From the NCBI GenBank assembly GCA_016839815.1, contig JAEOTM010000047.1:32001-96000 (forward strand): DNA of 64,000 nucleotides, read 5' to 3'. Below are positions 9,844 to 20,506 of this stretch, in pieces; positions within the stretch are counted from its first letter, which is position 1; each line of letters opens with the position of its first letter. This DNA comes from Candidatus Hodarchaeota archaeon. GTDB taxonomy: Archaea > Asgardarchaeota > Heimdallarchaeia > Hodarchaeales > Hodarchaeaceae. The notes beneath the pieces were generated by a model, which searched no databases, was not told the origin of the DNA, and was given only the letters and a program-made list of their open reading frames with translations. The position numbers and the translations under genes were made by a program.

Positions 9844-11154
9844 TTAAACAGGTTTAATATATCCCCATTTCTGGAGGGCAGCTTTTAATTCTTTATAACT
9901 TTCTGCCTTTTCCTCTAACGTGATTCCATCCCTGATTGCTTCCAACGCTTGGACTGTAGCTTTAGCTCCAGCGTGAGAACCCTCAGGGTGACCATGAATT
10001 CCCCCGCCAACTTGTAAAGCCATGTTAGTTGTCCCATATACCTCCATCACTTCAGGGAGAACACCTGGGTGTAGCCCACCAGAAGCGACTGGCAATGTAC
10101 CCTTCAAATCTCCCCAATTCTGATAAAGATTTCTCTCGGGGTTCTCCTTTACTTCTTTATTGAGAAGCATATCTCTCATATCAAGAACATCTTGTTTAGG
10201 AGAATCAAGTTTGCCTACCACCGTTCCAATATGAATTTGATCTACTCCTATCAATCTCATAAGTTTAGCAAGCATATACATGGAAACGCCATGAGTATAA
10301 TGTTTTGTAAAGGTAGCGTGCATTGCACGATGTGCATGGATTGCCATGTCTAAGTCACCAGCTAAGTTTCTGAGGGTTTGAACAGCTGAAAAACCTGTTG
10401 TAACAACATCAACCATGAAATACCGGAATCCATTATCATGTAATAATTTTACTCTGCGTTCCATTTCGTGAGTTTCTGCAGTAACATTGATAAACGCATC
10501 TTTAATGTCTCCAGTTTCATTCTGAACTTTATCACGAGCTTTTGCCATTTTTACAACACGAGATTCGAATTTGTTCCAAGATTGTGATGTGAGATTCTCA
10601 TCATCTTTAATAGCATCTATTCCACCGCTCCAAACATCTATTGCGACTTGAACATGCTGATCTGTGGTCATGCCAATTTTAGGCTTAGGAACACAAGAAG
10701 TGATGGGACCTACATCTCTTTTAAAAATCCTTTTAATTGCATCCACTCCCATGTGCGGACCCTTGCTTCCTTTAATGTAATCCAAAGGTAAAGTAGTATC
10801 TATAAGGCGTAAATTAAGAACAGCTTTCATTCCGAAGATGTTTCCCGCAATCCCACTCATCAGTTGAGGTACATTATTTAATTCCCACAATTCAAGTGGA
10901 TAAGAGATTTTTACATGATTATCTGTATTCCAAAACGCTCTTGCTCGTTTCTTAAAGATCTCATCATCCAATGTTCCTAATGTTGTCCATGTTCCTATAC
11001 TGGATTCAGAGGCAAGTCTTCCAATGAGATCGTCAACTGAGACTGAATCAGCCTTATCAAAGTAGAAAAGGGAGACAAGTTCATCATCCCTTGGTGTATG
11101 TTCTCTATCAATGAAGTCATGATACCATTCAATTTTTTCTTTGTCCTTAGTCAA
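9844..11154 (-). CDS. rbcL: Ribulose-1,5-bisphosphate carboxylase, archaeal form III-type large subunit
   Basis: ASESSIGTWT, PKPKIG, KDDENL catalytic motif, HAHRAMH, GTVVGKL, SGGLHP, GGGIHGHP. Confidence 0.95.
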   Translation of the reverse strand: MTKDKEKIEWYHDFIDREHTPRDDELVSLFYFDKADSVSVDDLIGRLASESSIGTWTTLGTLDDEIFKKRARAFWNTDNHVKISYPLELWELNNVPQLMSGIAGNIFGMKAVLNLRLIDTTLPLDYIKGSKGPHMGVDAIKRIFKRDVGPITSCVPKPKIGMTTDQHVQVAIDVWSGGIDAIKDDENLTSQSWNKFESRVVKMAKARDKVQNETGDIKDAFINVTAETHEMERRVKLLHDNGFRYFMVDVVTTGFSAVQTLRNLAGDLDMAIHAHRAMHATFTKHYTHGVSMYMLAKLMRLIGVDQIHIGTVVGKLDSPKQDVLDMRDMLLNKEVKENPERNLYQNWGDLKGTLPVASGGLHPGVLPEVMEVYGTTNMALQVGGGIHGHPEGSHAGAKATVQALEAIRDGITLEEKAESYKELKAALQKWGYIKPV

Positions 11155-11343
11155 TTTAATTCCTCCATACGGGAAAATAATTTCTTATAATAAGTTGTAA
11201 ACAATTTATTAGTTACCAAAACGAGTCTTGGTATGATTAATACGCATTCTGATACTACTTTCAATCAATGATGATTTCATTTGCCCTTCTAGATGTTATA
11301 AAAAATTCACTTTTAGCTGAGATACCTTTCTTTTCAATACCCC

Positions 11344-12387
11344 TTAAGGAGTATCATGATAGAGAACTTGATATTGAGTTTCAGAGATTTTGTTAAAGTT
11401 TTGAGCAATGGGAAAACATAATTGGGTTTCCTGCCTGGTCATTACTGGAAAATTATAATTTTCATTTATATATTTCAATTTTCCAACATTTGCTTCTCTA
11501 AGTTTTACAAAATTGAGATGGTTTTCAATTCGTTCATTAATACGACTTTGTGATAGTTTAACAACCTCTTCCATTCTACTAACGATTGTGTCCTTGAAGT
11601 TCTCATCTATTTCAATTCCAATACTATTCCTCCCGCTAGCCATTGCTGCTATCATCGTGGTACCAGTACCTAGGAATGGGTCTAGTACGGTATCAGTAAG
11701 TACTGAAAACATATTGATTAAGCGATATGCTAATTCAAAAGGAAAAGCTGCACTTCGATCTCTGGTAGGGGTGTTCTTTAGAATTTGACTTACTCCCTTT
11801 AAATCCCACGTATCTGAAAACCATTTGTTTCTTTCTTCCCAAAAAAAGGCACTTTTTCGTCGAATAAGTTTCTCTGATTCGGTTTTAAATTCACGTTTCC
11901 CTCCTTTCCTAAAGATTAGTATGTATTCATGTTCTAAAGTAACGTAAGCTCCAGGAGGAAGCATTCCAGAACCCATGAATTTATTAGGAGCATTAGTCGG
12001 CTTCTTCCATAAGATACAGGGAAGTACATTGAAACCCAGTCTAGAACAATAATCGACAATCCTTGTATGATTTGGATAAAGCCGAAAATCCTTACCGATA
12101 GTTCGAACTGCATCCCCAATGTTGATACAAGCAATTCCTCCTGGTATTAGGACACGATGGACTTCTTCCCATATTTTATCTAGTTCTTTATGCATTAATT
12201 CAAACGCTAACAACCCATTACTATTTGATAAAGCCGTTCCAATCTCAGAATTTAATTCTGTAAATAAAGTATCCCAAAGCTCGATGATAGGGTATACACA
12301 TGAAGTCACAACTAAATCAATACTCAAATTCTCAACCGAATTCATATTCTGAGCATTTTCTAAAACTAAATCATGAGTTGTAAGCAT
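11344..12387 (-). CDS. Beta-class N4-C/N6-A DNA methyltransferase (orphan; atypical motif IV)
   Basis: LVVTSCVYP (canonical TSPPY), EHEYILIFRK, AAFPFELAYRLI, VLDPFLGTGTT, SIGIEID. Confidence 0.85.
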   Translation of the reverse strand: MLTTHDLVLENAQNMNSVENLSIDLVVTSCVYPIIELWDTLFTELNSEIGTALSNSNGLLAFELMHKELDKIWEEVHRVLIPGGIACINIGDAVRTIGKDFRLYPNHTRIVDYCSRLGFNVLPCILWKKPTNAPNKFMGSGMLPPGAYVTLEHEYILIFRKGGKREFKTESEKLIRRKSAFFWEERNKWFSDTWDLKGVSQILKNTPTRDRSAAFPFELAYRLINMFSVLTDTVLDPFLGTGTTMIAAMASGRNSIGIEIDENFKDTIVSRMEEVVKLSQSRINERIENHLNFVKLREANVGKLKYINENYNFPVMTRQETQLCFPIAQNFNKISETQYQVLYHDTP

Positions 12388-12526
12388 AAGACCTTATCAT
12401 CTCAATTTGAATAAAGGAGTTACAATAAATCTAGATATAAACTTATCGTAAAAATACTTAGAGCTGAGTGACTCTAATTCTATCGAGAATCCTTAGGTTA
12501 TCTAGAAAGGGATCTTGGTCATTAAT

Positions 12527-13441
12527 TCACTCAATTTCGACTTCTGAATAATCCTTTAAACTTTCTTCAGAAACATAGGGTTCGAGATGAACAATCATGG
12601 ATGCATTTTGTTCCTGCTTCAGAAGAGAAACTACTTGCTCAGATATCTTATGGCCATCAAGAACAGAAAGAGAAGGATTTACCAGGATGTGCATATCACC
12701 CATATATCCACCTTGGATGGTTCGAGCACGTATTAAATGCACTTCTTTAACTCCTGGAACCCCCAATGCAAGCGAATGAAAAGATTTTAGAATTTCTTCA
12801 GGAGGAGCTTTATCAACGAGAATATTCCAGCCTTCGATAAATATAGATAAACCAGTATATCCTATCAGGGCACAGATGACAATAGCCATTATGGAATCTA
12901 GCATTCCTATCTCAAAAAAGGCAAAGATCATGCTCACTCCGACTAATACTGATGAAAATACATCTGTACGAAAATTCTTAGCATTCGCAATCAATGCAGG
13001 GGAACGTACTCTGTTTCCGATTCCTAGGATGATGTAAGAGATCAGTACTTTAAGGAGTACACTAAAGATTGCTATAATTAATCCTGATATATCAAAAATG
13101 AACTCTTGCTGGGATAGCAATTGATTTAACGCTGTCAGGAAGATTTGAATACTGGAGTAAGTAATCAGTACGAAAATACCGAGGGAAAAGAAAATCTCCA
13201 TCTTTTCATGACCATAAGGATGAGAGGTGTCAGGAGGTCTGTTAGCAACTCTAACCCCTATATATGCAAAAATAGAAGTGATTATATCTAGAAAAGAGTC
13301 AACTCCGTCTGCTAATAGTGCAGTACTCCCAATTACGATTCCAATCATTAATTTAAGTATAGCTAGTATCATATTGACTGATATGGCAAGTACTGTGGCA
13401 ATACGGATAAGTTGTTGGTCAGAATAGTTAGCAAACAACAA
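12527..13441 (-). CDS. Cation diffusion facilitator transporter (FieF-like)
   Basis: GSTALLADGVDSFLD, PPD.SHPYGHEKME, RTDVFSS, C-terminal dimerisation domain ending VHLEP. Confidence 0.9.
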   Translation of the reverse strand: MLFANYSDQQLIRIATVLAISVNMILAILKLMIGIVIGSTALLADGVDSFLDIITSIFAYIGVRVANRPPDTSHPYGHEKMEIFFSLGIFVLITYSSIQIFLTALNQLLSQQEFIFDISGLIIAIFSVLLKVLISYIILGIGNRVRSPALIANAKNFRTDVFSSVLVGVSMIFAFFEIGMLDSIMAIVICALIGYTGLSIFIEGWNILVDKAPPEEILKSFHSLALGVPGVKEVHLIRARTIQGGYMGDMHILVNPSLSVLDGHKISEQVVSLLKQEQNASMIVHLEPYVSEESLKDYSEVEIE

Positions 13442-13652
13442 GAATCACGTAAGTAAGGATTAATTATTACACTTTAAGTGAATCTTGTTTTTCATTATCG
13501 AATAAGTACATCTACTAAAATATGGTAATTATAGATTGTTGTCTTGTTTCAACTAAAGACTAAAAAATCCTTTTGTCTACAGAGCTCATGGATCTTAGGA
13601 GTAGTTTATTATAAGTTCAAACGAATTTTATGATTCCTTTGTCACATCGGCT

Positions 13653-15011
13653 TTGTATTATACCAAAAAAAACTCCCTTAAGATACAATCTCTCTTATTA
13701 GAAGCACCTTCAGCCCTACCATCCACACTGATCACAGATGATGTCCTTCTTGTTTCTAGTTCACCTTCTATAGATTCTACTAGAGGCACCAGCACTTTAT
13801 CCTTAGAAGAAGAGCAAAAACCAGCATCAAAAGTCCAAAAGAAGATAAAAGAACCAGAAATAGACCTAACGCCATTAACAATCCCCCATTTTTATCCTGA
13901 TATTCCTGAATTAGAAGAAATACCCTTAAGACCTAAGAAGAAGGGAAAAAAAAAGAATTCAACGACAAAACAACTTCTCTTAGAGGCTCTAACGAATAGC
14001 AAAAAACAGATTGAGGAAAAATCAAAGAAGAAGGGAAAAAAAAGAGGAAGAAATGCCCCAAAAACCCCTCATCTGACAAAACGCCAAAGAAAGGAAATTG
14101 AACATAAACGTACCATTGATTTAACTAAATTTATCCCTCAGAAATCCGATAAACCAGCACACTCTACTCAAATACAGGGACAGCAAGAATCCACTAGTAA
14201 TACACCAGCATCCTCTCTTTCAAAACCTATAATAAGATCAAATATTCCCGTATTAAATGAGTCAGATCCATTTCCCTTTACTACCTTATCAGAATGGCTT
14301 ATTTGGCACAGCCATTTTCCAGAATTGGCATTTGTTCGTGAAGCTTACGATCTAGATAATGTACCGACAGACTCTGATGAAATATATTGGATAAATGTGA
14401 TGAATGAACCTGAATTCTTTAATTCCAATTGGAAGATGGCTGGTTCAATAATTCATGATATAAATCAAGCAAAAATGCAGGGTCCTCCTAGTGGAACACC
14501 TGATTTCGATATGGATCATGTACTAACAGAGGGATTTTCCACTTTATTTACTGACATTTATCTAATCCTTACTAAGATGCCTCAAGGATTGAAAAATCAA
14601 AGGAACCCCGTACTTCAATTAGCCCTTAAAGGATTATTATTGCTTGATCTTGTATTTATAGACCAAAATAAATGGTATGCTAAGGAATCAGAAGAAGAAT
14701 TAGATCGAAGAGTGAAAGAATTAGATAATTTTATTCTTCAGCAAAACGACATAGAAATCTATGAAAGGAATGTCCATGAGCTTTTAAAATTAGGAGAATG
14801 GAGAAATGGTGTAATTTGCTTTGATCTACTAATTACTAAATCCATTTACTTGTCTACTTTCTCCCAGACACACCTAACAGAGGATTTGAAATTAACTAAC
14901 TTACTTGAGAATCAGATTCAAGTGGAGATAATTCTTGCTCTAGAGAAGGTAAGATCTATGGATCAACTAAAAGTGAGAGGTCTTTCATCTAAATTAAGAG
15001 TTAACGCGTAA
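13653..15011 (+). CDS. Hypothetical protein with a disordered Lys/Pro/Ser-rich N-half and a helical C-half
   Basis: 452-codon ORF with two KKKGKK blocks. No family recognised and the start is uncertain. Confidence 0.6.
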   Translation: MYYTKKNSLKIQSLLLEAPSALPSTLITDDVLLVSSSPSIDSTRGTSTLSLEEEQKPASKVQKKIKEPEIDLTPLTIPHFYPDIPELEEIPLRPKKKGKKKNSTTKQLLLEALTNSKKQIEEKSKKKGKKRGRNAPKTPHLTKRQRKEIEHKRTIDLTKFIPQKSDKPAHSTQIQGQQESTSNTPASSLSKPIIRSNIPVLNESDPFPFTTLSEWLIWHSHFPELAFVREAYDLDNVPTDSDEIYWINVMNEPEFFNSNWKMAGSIIHDINQAKMQGPPSGTPDFDMDHVLTEGFSTLFTDIYLILTKMPQGLKNQRNPVLQLALKGLLLLDLVFIDQNKWYAKESEEELDRRVKELDNFILQQNDIEIYERNVHELLKLGEWRNGVICFDLLITKSIYLSTFSQTHLTEDLKLTNLLENQIQVEIILALEKVRSMDQLKVRGLSSKLRVNA

Positions 15012-16095
15012 TTTTGAAACCCATAACTGCATCTCTTAATTCTCGTAATTTGGAATTATTCTCGAATGCATCCCTCACTGGTTCAATAAGCTCATTTAGA
15101 TAGTAAGAAACTCCATTTTTTAGATCTGCGGGATGCAGATCTTTCTTCAAGTATGCTTGTTCTAAATCATCATAAGAAGCATATTCTAAATCGCCCCCGA
15201 ATTTTTTAGAGCGTTCGATCTTCATCGTATCGTAGCTCTCAAAGATGAAGTATTTTGTATAATCCAGTATTGGATTATCTTCAACTCCTTCTGGGCAGTA
15301 CGATTTGTTAATCTTCTTCTTTATTTGGGCTTTTGTATCAGTCATAAAGATAGTAGCATCGGGTTTCGATTTTGACATCTTTAAATCCATAACACGATCT
15401 TCTAAAGTATCATAAGACTCCTTTGGAGTATTAAGACCCAAAACCATATGATGAGAAATTACGACAGGTTTGGTATCGTACAATTTAGGACCGACTTCTC
15501 GGGCTAGCATATTTACTTTGCGTTGATCCATACCTAACTGACACACATCCAGCGGGTTACCATTATCCAAGTGGAAAATATCAGCACATTGCATACATGG
15601 ATAAAGAATCTGTGAAGCCTGTAATGCCTCTGATTGACTCCTACCCATAATCTGAGCAGTCCTCAGGATACGTTTTAGCGTAGAGTTTCTAGCAATTTGC
15701 ATAACTTTTTTCCAGTATGAATCGTCTTGTACAAGGTCAGAAGCCCAAATAAAATCTACATTTTTTAAATCCATACCAGTTAAACGCCATACTTCAATCA
15801 AATACTTACCAGTGGTCTGAATGTTGTCCAAATTTCCCCCGAGTTTATTATTGGCCCATGCATGCCAATCAGCCACCAGCATTTTGAAACGAGCGCCTGC
15901 TTTAATCATTTTATTGACATTAGTTGCACGAAGAACACCCTGTGCAATGTGTACTTGGCCAGAAGGTTCGAATCCATCATAAGCTGTAAAGGTTTTCTTT
16001 GCTGTTAGAAGTTCCTCCAATTCCCCTTCTGTTACTATTTCCTCTCCCACAGTTTTTATCAAAGCCATTCTTTCTTTTATATCCATAATACTCAC
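15001..16095 (-). CDS. tyrS: Tyrosine--tRNA ligase (archaeal/eukaryotic type)
   Basis: YDGFEPSGQVHIAQG, YPCMQCADIF, QLGMDQRKVNMLARE, KMSKS, LHPADLK. Confidence 0.97.
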   Translation of the reverse strand: MSIMDIKERMALIKTVGEEIVTEGELEELLTAKKTFTAYDGFEPSGQVHIAQGVLRATNVNKMIKAGARFKMLVADWHAWANNKLGGNLDNIQTTGKYLIEVWRLTGMDLKNVDFIWASDLVQDDSYWKKVMQIARNSTLKRILRTAQIMGRSQSEALQASQILYPCMQCADIFHLDNGNPLDVCQLGMDQRKVNMLAREVGPKLYDTKPVVISHHMVLGLNTPKESYDTLEDRVMDLKMSKSKPDATIFMTDTKAQIKKKINKSYCPEGVEDNPILDYTKYFIFESYDTMKIERSKKFGGDLEYASYDDLEQAYLKKDLHPADLKNGVSYYLNELIEPVRDAFENNSKLRELRDAVMGFKITR

Positions 16096-16169
16096 CAGAA
16101 ATGAGTAGAAAACCTCTACTGAAGTTTATAATAAAAATACTCTAATAATGAATTTTTCTTGATATTAAC

Positions 16170-16931
16170 TTAACGCTTTTCTTGTGTGTCTTTCCATCGG
16201 TTCTCGCTTACTTTTTCTTTCCTATTTCTTAATTTTTTTGCTGGAAGACCGATCCAAACCTCATTGGGAGGAATTTTTTGTCCCTTTATGACTCCTGATT
16301 TAGCTCCGAGGATAGAATTGTCCCCAAATTCGACTCCGCAGGCTACTATACTGTAGGTACCCACCATACAGTTCTTTCCGACTTTAGTGGGACTAACTAC
16401 AATGGAAGTACCTTCATTGGCGTGTCCAGTCACTACTGAATTATATCCGATGAAAGAGTTGTCTCCTATCTCAACCAATCCTGCAGTTTCAATATATGTC
16501 CTTGTAGTAATGTAAACATTTTTACCAACTTTCAACCCATACAATCGCATCAATTGTGGGAATAGGAATATTCCCCATACAAACGGAAGGGCGGTATAAA
16601 CTTTCAACATGGATTTGAAGATCCCATCAGCTGCAATCCTGACAGCAATTAATCGTCCTTGTGATGAATAACGAGGGTAAATTCCTGGCTTGATGAGGAA
16701 AGGGAGCGTTAATCTAACGACAATTTGGGAATGAAACACTCCAAAAAAGAGGACAGTAAATGAATACGCTAAAAACAAATAAAGGGGAGAGAGAAGAAAG
16801 TGTATTAATCCTAAATCAGATGTGGTGACAAGAAAATACACTAACCATCCTTCTGGAAAAAATGAAACAACCAATAGAATACAGGTAAGTGCAAAATACA
16901 GGACAATACGCAAATCATTTACTAATGACAT
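16170..16931 (-). CDS. Membrane-associated left-handed beta-helix (hexapeptide) acyltransferase-like protein
   Basis: N-terminal TMs; repeats KVGKNV, EIGDNS, KVGKNC, EFGDNS; W.GLPAK. Confidence 0.8.
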   Translation of the reverse strand: MSLVNDLRIVLYFALTCILLVVSFFPEGWLVYFLVTTSDLGLIHFLLSPLYLFLAYSFTVLFFGVFHSQIVVRLTLPFLIKPGIYPRYSSQGRLIAVRIAADGIFKSMLKVYTALPFVWGIFLFPQLMRLYGLKVGKNVYITTRTYIETAGLVEIGDNSFIGYNSVVTGHANEGTSIVVSPTKVGKNCMVGTYSIVACGVEFGDNSILGAKSGVIKGQKIPPNEVWIGLPAKKLRNRKEKVSENRWKDTQEKR

Positions 16932-17037
16932 ACTCGTATGCTTTAGAGAGGTAATTATATCTCTTCAGATATTTCACTCAACATCTACTTTTTAAGCGAA
17001 ATCATTCTACATGATTCATTATTCTTATTAGAGATGA

Positions 17038-18723
17038 TTGATGATGAAACTGCAAACGATTTTTCTGGAACTCGTATTAATTCTCAGTCTTTGTTCAATA
17101 GTATCAACAAATGCCTTTAACAGGACTTATGTCAGTTCTATCCAAGTTCAGGGAAAAAATTTTTCTTCAACTACCTCAGCAATAGATGAAATCGAATTAA
17201 AATATCCAACAGGATATCACAACTTGTCTCAAGTCTATGAAGAGTTAGAACATTTCAACAATTCAGCAGAAAAATTCATCAATTATACTAATATCGGGTT
17301 GTCATATAGAGAAAATCCCATTCCATTAATTACGTTAACTAATGAAAAAATACCAAGCTATTCCAAAGGAAAGACATTTATCGTTGCACACCATCATGCT
17401 CGAGAATTTTGTACTATTGAACACGTTTTAAGAATGATCCGAGATTTACTAAATGAATATGGATCGGATAAATCGACAACCTTTCTTTTAGATCATTTTA
17501 TTGTCTATATTATTGTCACATTGAATCCTGATGCATTGAACATTGCATTATATGAGAATGCTTATCAAAGAAAGACTACTCAACCCATTGATGAAGATGA
17601 AGATGGATTATTTGATGAGGATCCCCCCGAGGATGTTGATGGTGATGGTCGAATAAGTGAATATGTAACAGCCCGTAAAGGGGAATGGGATTGGGATAGA
17701 TCGTTTGAAGGGATAGATAATGATAATGATTCTTTAATCAATGAAGACCGTATTGGTGGAGTTGATCTCAATCGGAATTATCCATTTCATTGGAATGATA
17801 ATACTACCGATAGTGGTTGGGGAAACGATTCATCTTCATTCACTTTTCCAGGTTACAGCCCTCTTTCTGAACCAGAATCACTCGCATTAACCACTTTTGT
17901 TGCCAAACACAATTTTACCCAATCTCTTAGCCTTCATTCAGGGACAAATACTTCATTATTAGGTTGGTCTTACACCAATGCTTCCCAAGCAGAAGCTTCA
18001 CTCTATACAAATATATTGTATTTCCTAGAACTACAAGAATTACTTCCAGATAGTTTTTTTTCTAAAGAAAACGAGCTAGACTATTCTACAGCAGGTGAAT
18101 GGGGGGATTGGATGTACACTACACAGAAATCTATTCCGATGACTTTAGAGATATATCATATGGCTGGAAGCGAACAGTGGTATTTTTATGAAGAAAATTC
18201 TACACATGAGACTTGGACTCGTAATACTATCTGCGAATACTTTAATCCTCCTGCCGAGAAACTCGATTCCCTTCACCAAGATCTAATGCCATTTGAAAAA
18301 TATTGGATTAGTTTGACTCCTTCTATTGAATTTGAGGGATTTAGAAACGGGAGTATTTCAAAGGATATCTATCAAATAGGTATTATAGTAGCCACTGGAT
18401 CGCAATTTTTCAATACAACTGACAATCCTCGTATTATTGTATCTCCTTCACATTCTGATATCATAACGGATTATCCTCAAACAATACCCACTTTGCTCAG
18501 GAATTCTGATACTAATGTGAATATCCAATTAATTAAAAACATTCCACCAGGATTCTTTTTCGATCTAAATGTTACTTCTGAATGGGCAAGTGACCTTTAT
18601 TTACGAGTTTATGTTAATGCTTCCCAAATAAAGAGTACTCAAGGAATAAACTACATCTTTGTCATAACTGGAATCGTTGTCGCTAACGTGCTACTAAAAA
18701 AGAAAAGAAAACTACAATATTGA
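17038..18723 (+). CDS. Secreted, C-terminally anchored M14 zinc carboxypeptidase
   Basis: Signal peptide, HHARE, NPD, GVDLNRNYP, SEPES, SLHSG, TLEI; DxDxDG Ca-binding-like insert; TM + KKKRK. Confidence 0.9.
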   Translation: MMMKLQTIFLELVLILSLCSIVSTNAFNRTYVSSIQVQGKNFSSTTSAIDEIELKYPTGYHNLSQVYEELEHFNNSAEKFINYTNIGLSYRENPIPLITLTNEKIPSYSKGKTFIVAHHHAREFCTIEHVLRMIRDLLNEYGSDKSTTFLLDHFIVYIIVTLNPDALNIALYENAYQRKTTQPIDEDEDGLFDEDPPEDVDGDGRISEYVTARKGEWDWDRSFEGIDNDNDSLINEDRIGGVDLNRNYPFHWNDNTTDSGWGNDSSSFTFPGYSPLSEPESLALTTFVAKHNFTQSLSLHSGTNTSLLGWSYTNASQAEASLYTNILYFLELQELLPDSFFSKENELDYSTAGEWGDWMYTTQKSIPMTLEIYHMAGSEQWYFYEENSTHETWTRNTICEYFNPPAEKLDSLHQDLMPFEKYWISLTPSIEFEGFRNGSISKDIYQIGIIVATGSQFFNTTDNPRIIVSPSHSDIITDYPQTIPTLLRNSDTNVNIQLIKNIPPGFFFDLNVTSEWASDLYLRVYVNASQIKSTQGINYIFVITGIVVANVLLKKKRKLQY

Positions 18724-19695
18724 TTATCTATTGATTTCTCCTGGAAGATAGAAATTATAGGTTTTTCCAAGCATACGGGTCTGTAAGTAACGATCGATTC
18801 TTCGTGCGGTCTGGAAAACAACCCAAATTTGTTTATCACCTAGAAAACCGTTATAATACCTATCAACTTCTTTATAGGTTATTGGTTCAATATCTAAATC
18901 TGAAACCTCAGTTAGGAAGAAATTATTTACAAGTTTAAGTAAGCCTGGGATCAGCTCAGCTTTCTGCTCTTTGAAAAAATTGGCTATTAGATCAATAGTT
19001 ACTAATCGGAAGTCGTAATACCGATCAACAACTTCATCTAGGAACAAAGCTTCCAATGCCCATCTTAAGAATGAAGGAGCACTTTTTAAAAAGAGGATTG
19101 GTTCCATTGCGTCAATACCATAAATACGTATCATTGGAGTACTTGTATCCAGATAAAAGAGTTCTGTTGAATCAGAGATGTTAGGATCTTCAGCGTTATA
19201 CCCACGTACAGCCCAATTCGAGATTTGTCCATCAATTCCGACTTGAAATTTTCGAGAACTTTTGTTAAAAAACCAGATTTTTGATAGTTGTCGCATTATC
19301 AGATGTAGTAACGCGTAGATTTCCTTTTGACTTATCGAATGGTGGATAATCGCGTTCCCGATAGATTGCGGATCAATTTTTTGTTGTGCACAATAGAGTA
19401 CAATTGATCCATCTTTTGACTTTAACCAGTAGGAAGCTTCAGAAGGGACTTCAATTCCAATTTTCGTCAAGATTTGATGATAAATTTCATATGCACGTAC
19501 ATGCCTTTTTACCTGTTTTTCAGTATCGAATATAGGCAATCTCTTATATGCAATAGAATCAGTAGAACTCTTAAATTCAAAAACTAAACTTATCTCACCA
19601 TAACCCAATATTCCTATGGGAACAACCCCTTTTTCAGGATGTAGTGTATTAATAGTTTTTTCAAAATCCTGAATTTGGGTTATATCAATCTTCAT
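18724..19695 (-). CDS. Kinase-like hypothetical protein (DUF6206-like)
   Basis: LGYGEISLV Gly loop, AYKRLP, GIDGQISNW, YLDTSTP. Confidence 0.65.
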   Translation of the reverse strand: MKIDITQIQDFEKTINTLHPEKGVVPIGILGYGEISLVFEFKSSTDSIAYKRLPIFDTEKQVKRHVRAYEIYHQILTKIGIEVPSEASYWLKSKDGSIVLYCAQQKIDPQSIGNAIIHHSISQKEIYALLHLIMRQLSKIWFFNKSSRKFQVGIDGQISNWAVRGYNAEDPNISDSTELFYLDTSTPMIRIYGIDAMEPILFLKSAPSFLRWALEALFLDEVVDRYYDFRLVTIDLIANFFKEQKAELIPGLLKLVNNFFLTEVSDLDIEPITYKEVDRYYNGFLGDKQIWVVFQTARRIDRYLQTRMLGKTYNFYLPGEINR

Positions 19696-19852
19696 GACGG
19701 AACCACAGAACCTTAGACTAAGTGATAACTTTGAAGATTGGTCACCAGATAAAAGTGTTTATATCAATTCAGAGAATTCCTTTTACATCTATTGGTCAAA
19801 TGATCCAATTCTTTATAATTATTAGGAGTTCTCCTATTTTTTAGATTTTAAT

Positions 19853-20491
19853 ATGACCCAACCCATAATTTCGTATTTTGGACAATCCTGCTTTCTATTG
19901 GAATTCGAATCTACAAAAATACTTATTGATCCTGGGAATAAGAAGCTTGGGAAGATAGAAGCTGATATCGTTTATTCCACTCACAGTCATTTCGACCATG
20001 CCTCTGGAATAAATGAATTTTTAGATTTCAATAAAGAATCTGCGATATTCATTAGTAATAAAGAAGTAACAAAGAAGTACACGGAATGGGGTAGTCGGGT
20101 GAAGACAATTGAAGACGGAACCCAATTAAATATTGGAGAATTAACTCTTGAATTCATTTATGCCCGTCACGGTATCTTTAAAGGTGAACTAAATCTAGGA
20201 ATCGTAATAAGCACTCCTACATTCAAGTTTGGTCATGTAGGAGATGGTGTTTCATTCCAAGGATTTCGCAAAAAAAAACTTGATATCTTAGCTGTACCAA
20301 TCAGTGGTTTATTTGCTGCTTCACCCAATCGTGTTCTTCAGGAATTACCCTCTTTTGAGGAACCATTACCTACTATTATACCAATGCACTGGTTATTTAG
20401 ATCTCCAAAGAAATTTTGCAAAAAACTATCCAAAGAATTTCCTCAAATAAAGTGTATCGTTCCTAAGAAAGAAGAAATTGTATCTTATTAA
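19853..20491 (+). CDS. Metallo-beta-lactamase fold hydrolase (UPF0173-like)
   Basis: GQSCFLLE, ILIDP, THSHFDH, HVGD, IPMHW. Confidence 0.9.
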   Translation: MTQPIISYFGQSCFLLEFESTKILIDPGNKKLGKIEADIVYSTHSHFDHASGINEFLDFNKESAIFISNKEVTKKYTEWGSRVKTIEDGTQLNIGELTLEFIYARHGIFKGELNLGIVISTPTFKFGHVGDGVSFQGFRKKKLDILAVPISGLFAASPNRVLQELPSFEEPLPTIIPMHWLFRSPKKFCKKLSKEFPQIKCIVPKKEEIVSY

Positions 20492-20506
20492 GATGGAGAA
20501 GATAAT

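Noticed and set aside
11268-11320. ATGATGA...CTGA spaced like an archaeal C/D box sRNA
   Set aside because: There are no convincing internal D'/C' boxes or terminal stem, and such motifs arise easily by chance in AT-rich DNA.
15965-15975. GGTTCGAATCC, a tRNA T-arm-like sequence
   Set aside because: It lies inside tyrS (antisense of the GFEP codons) and there is no cloverleaf around it.
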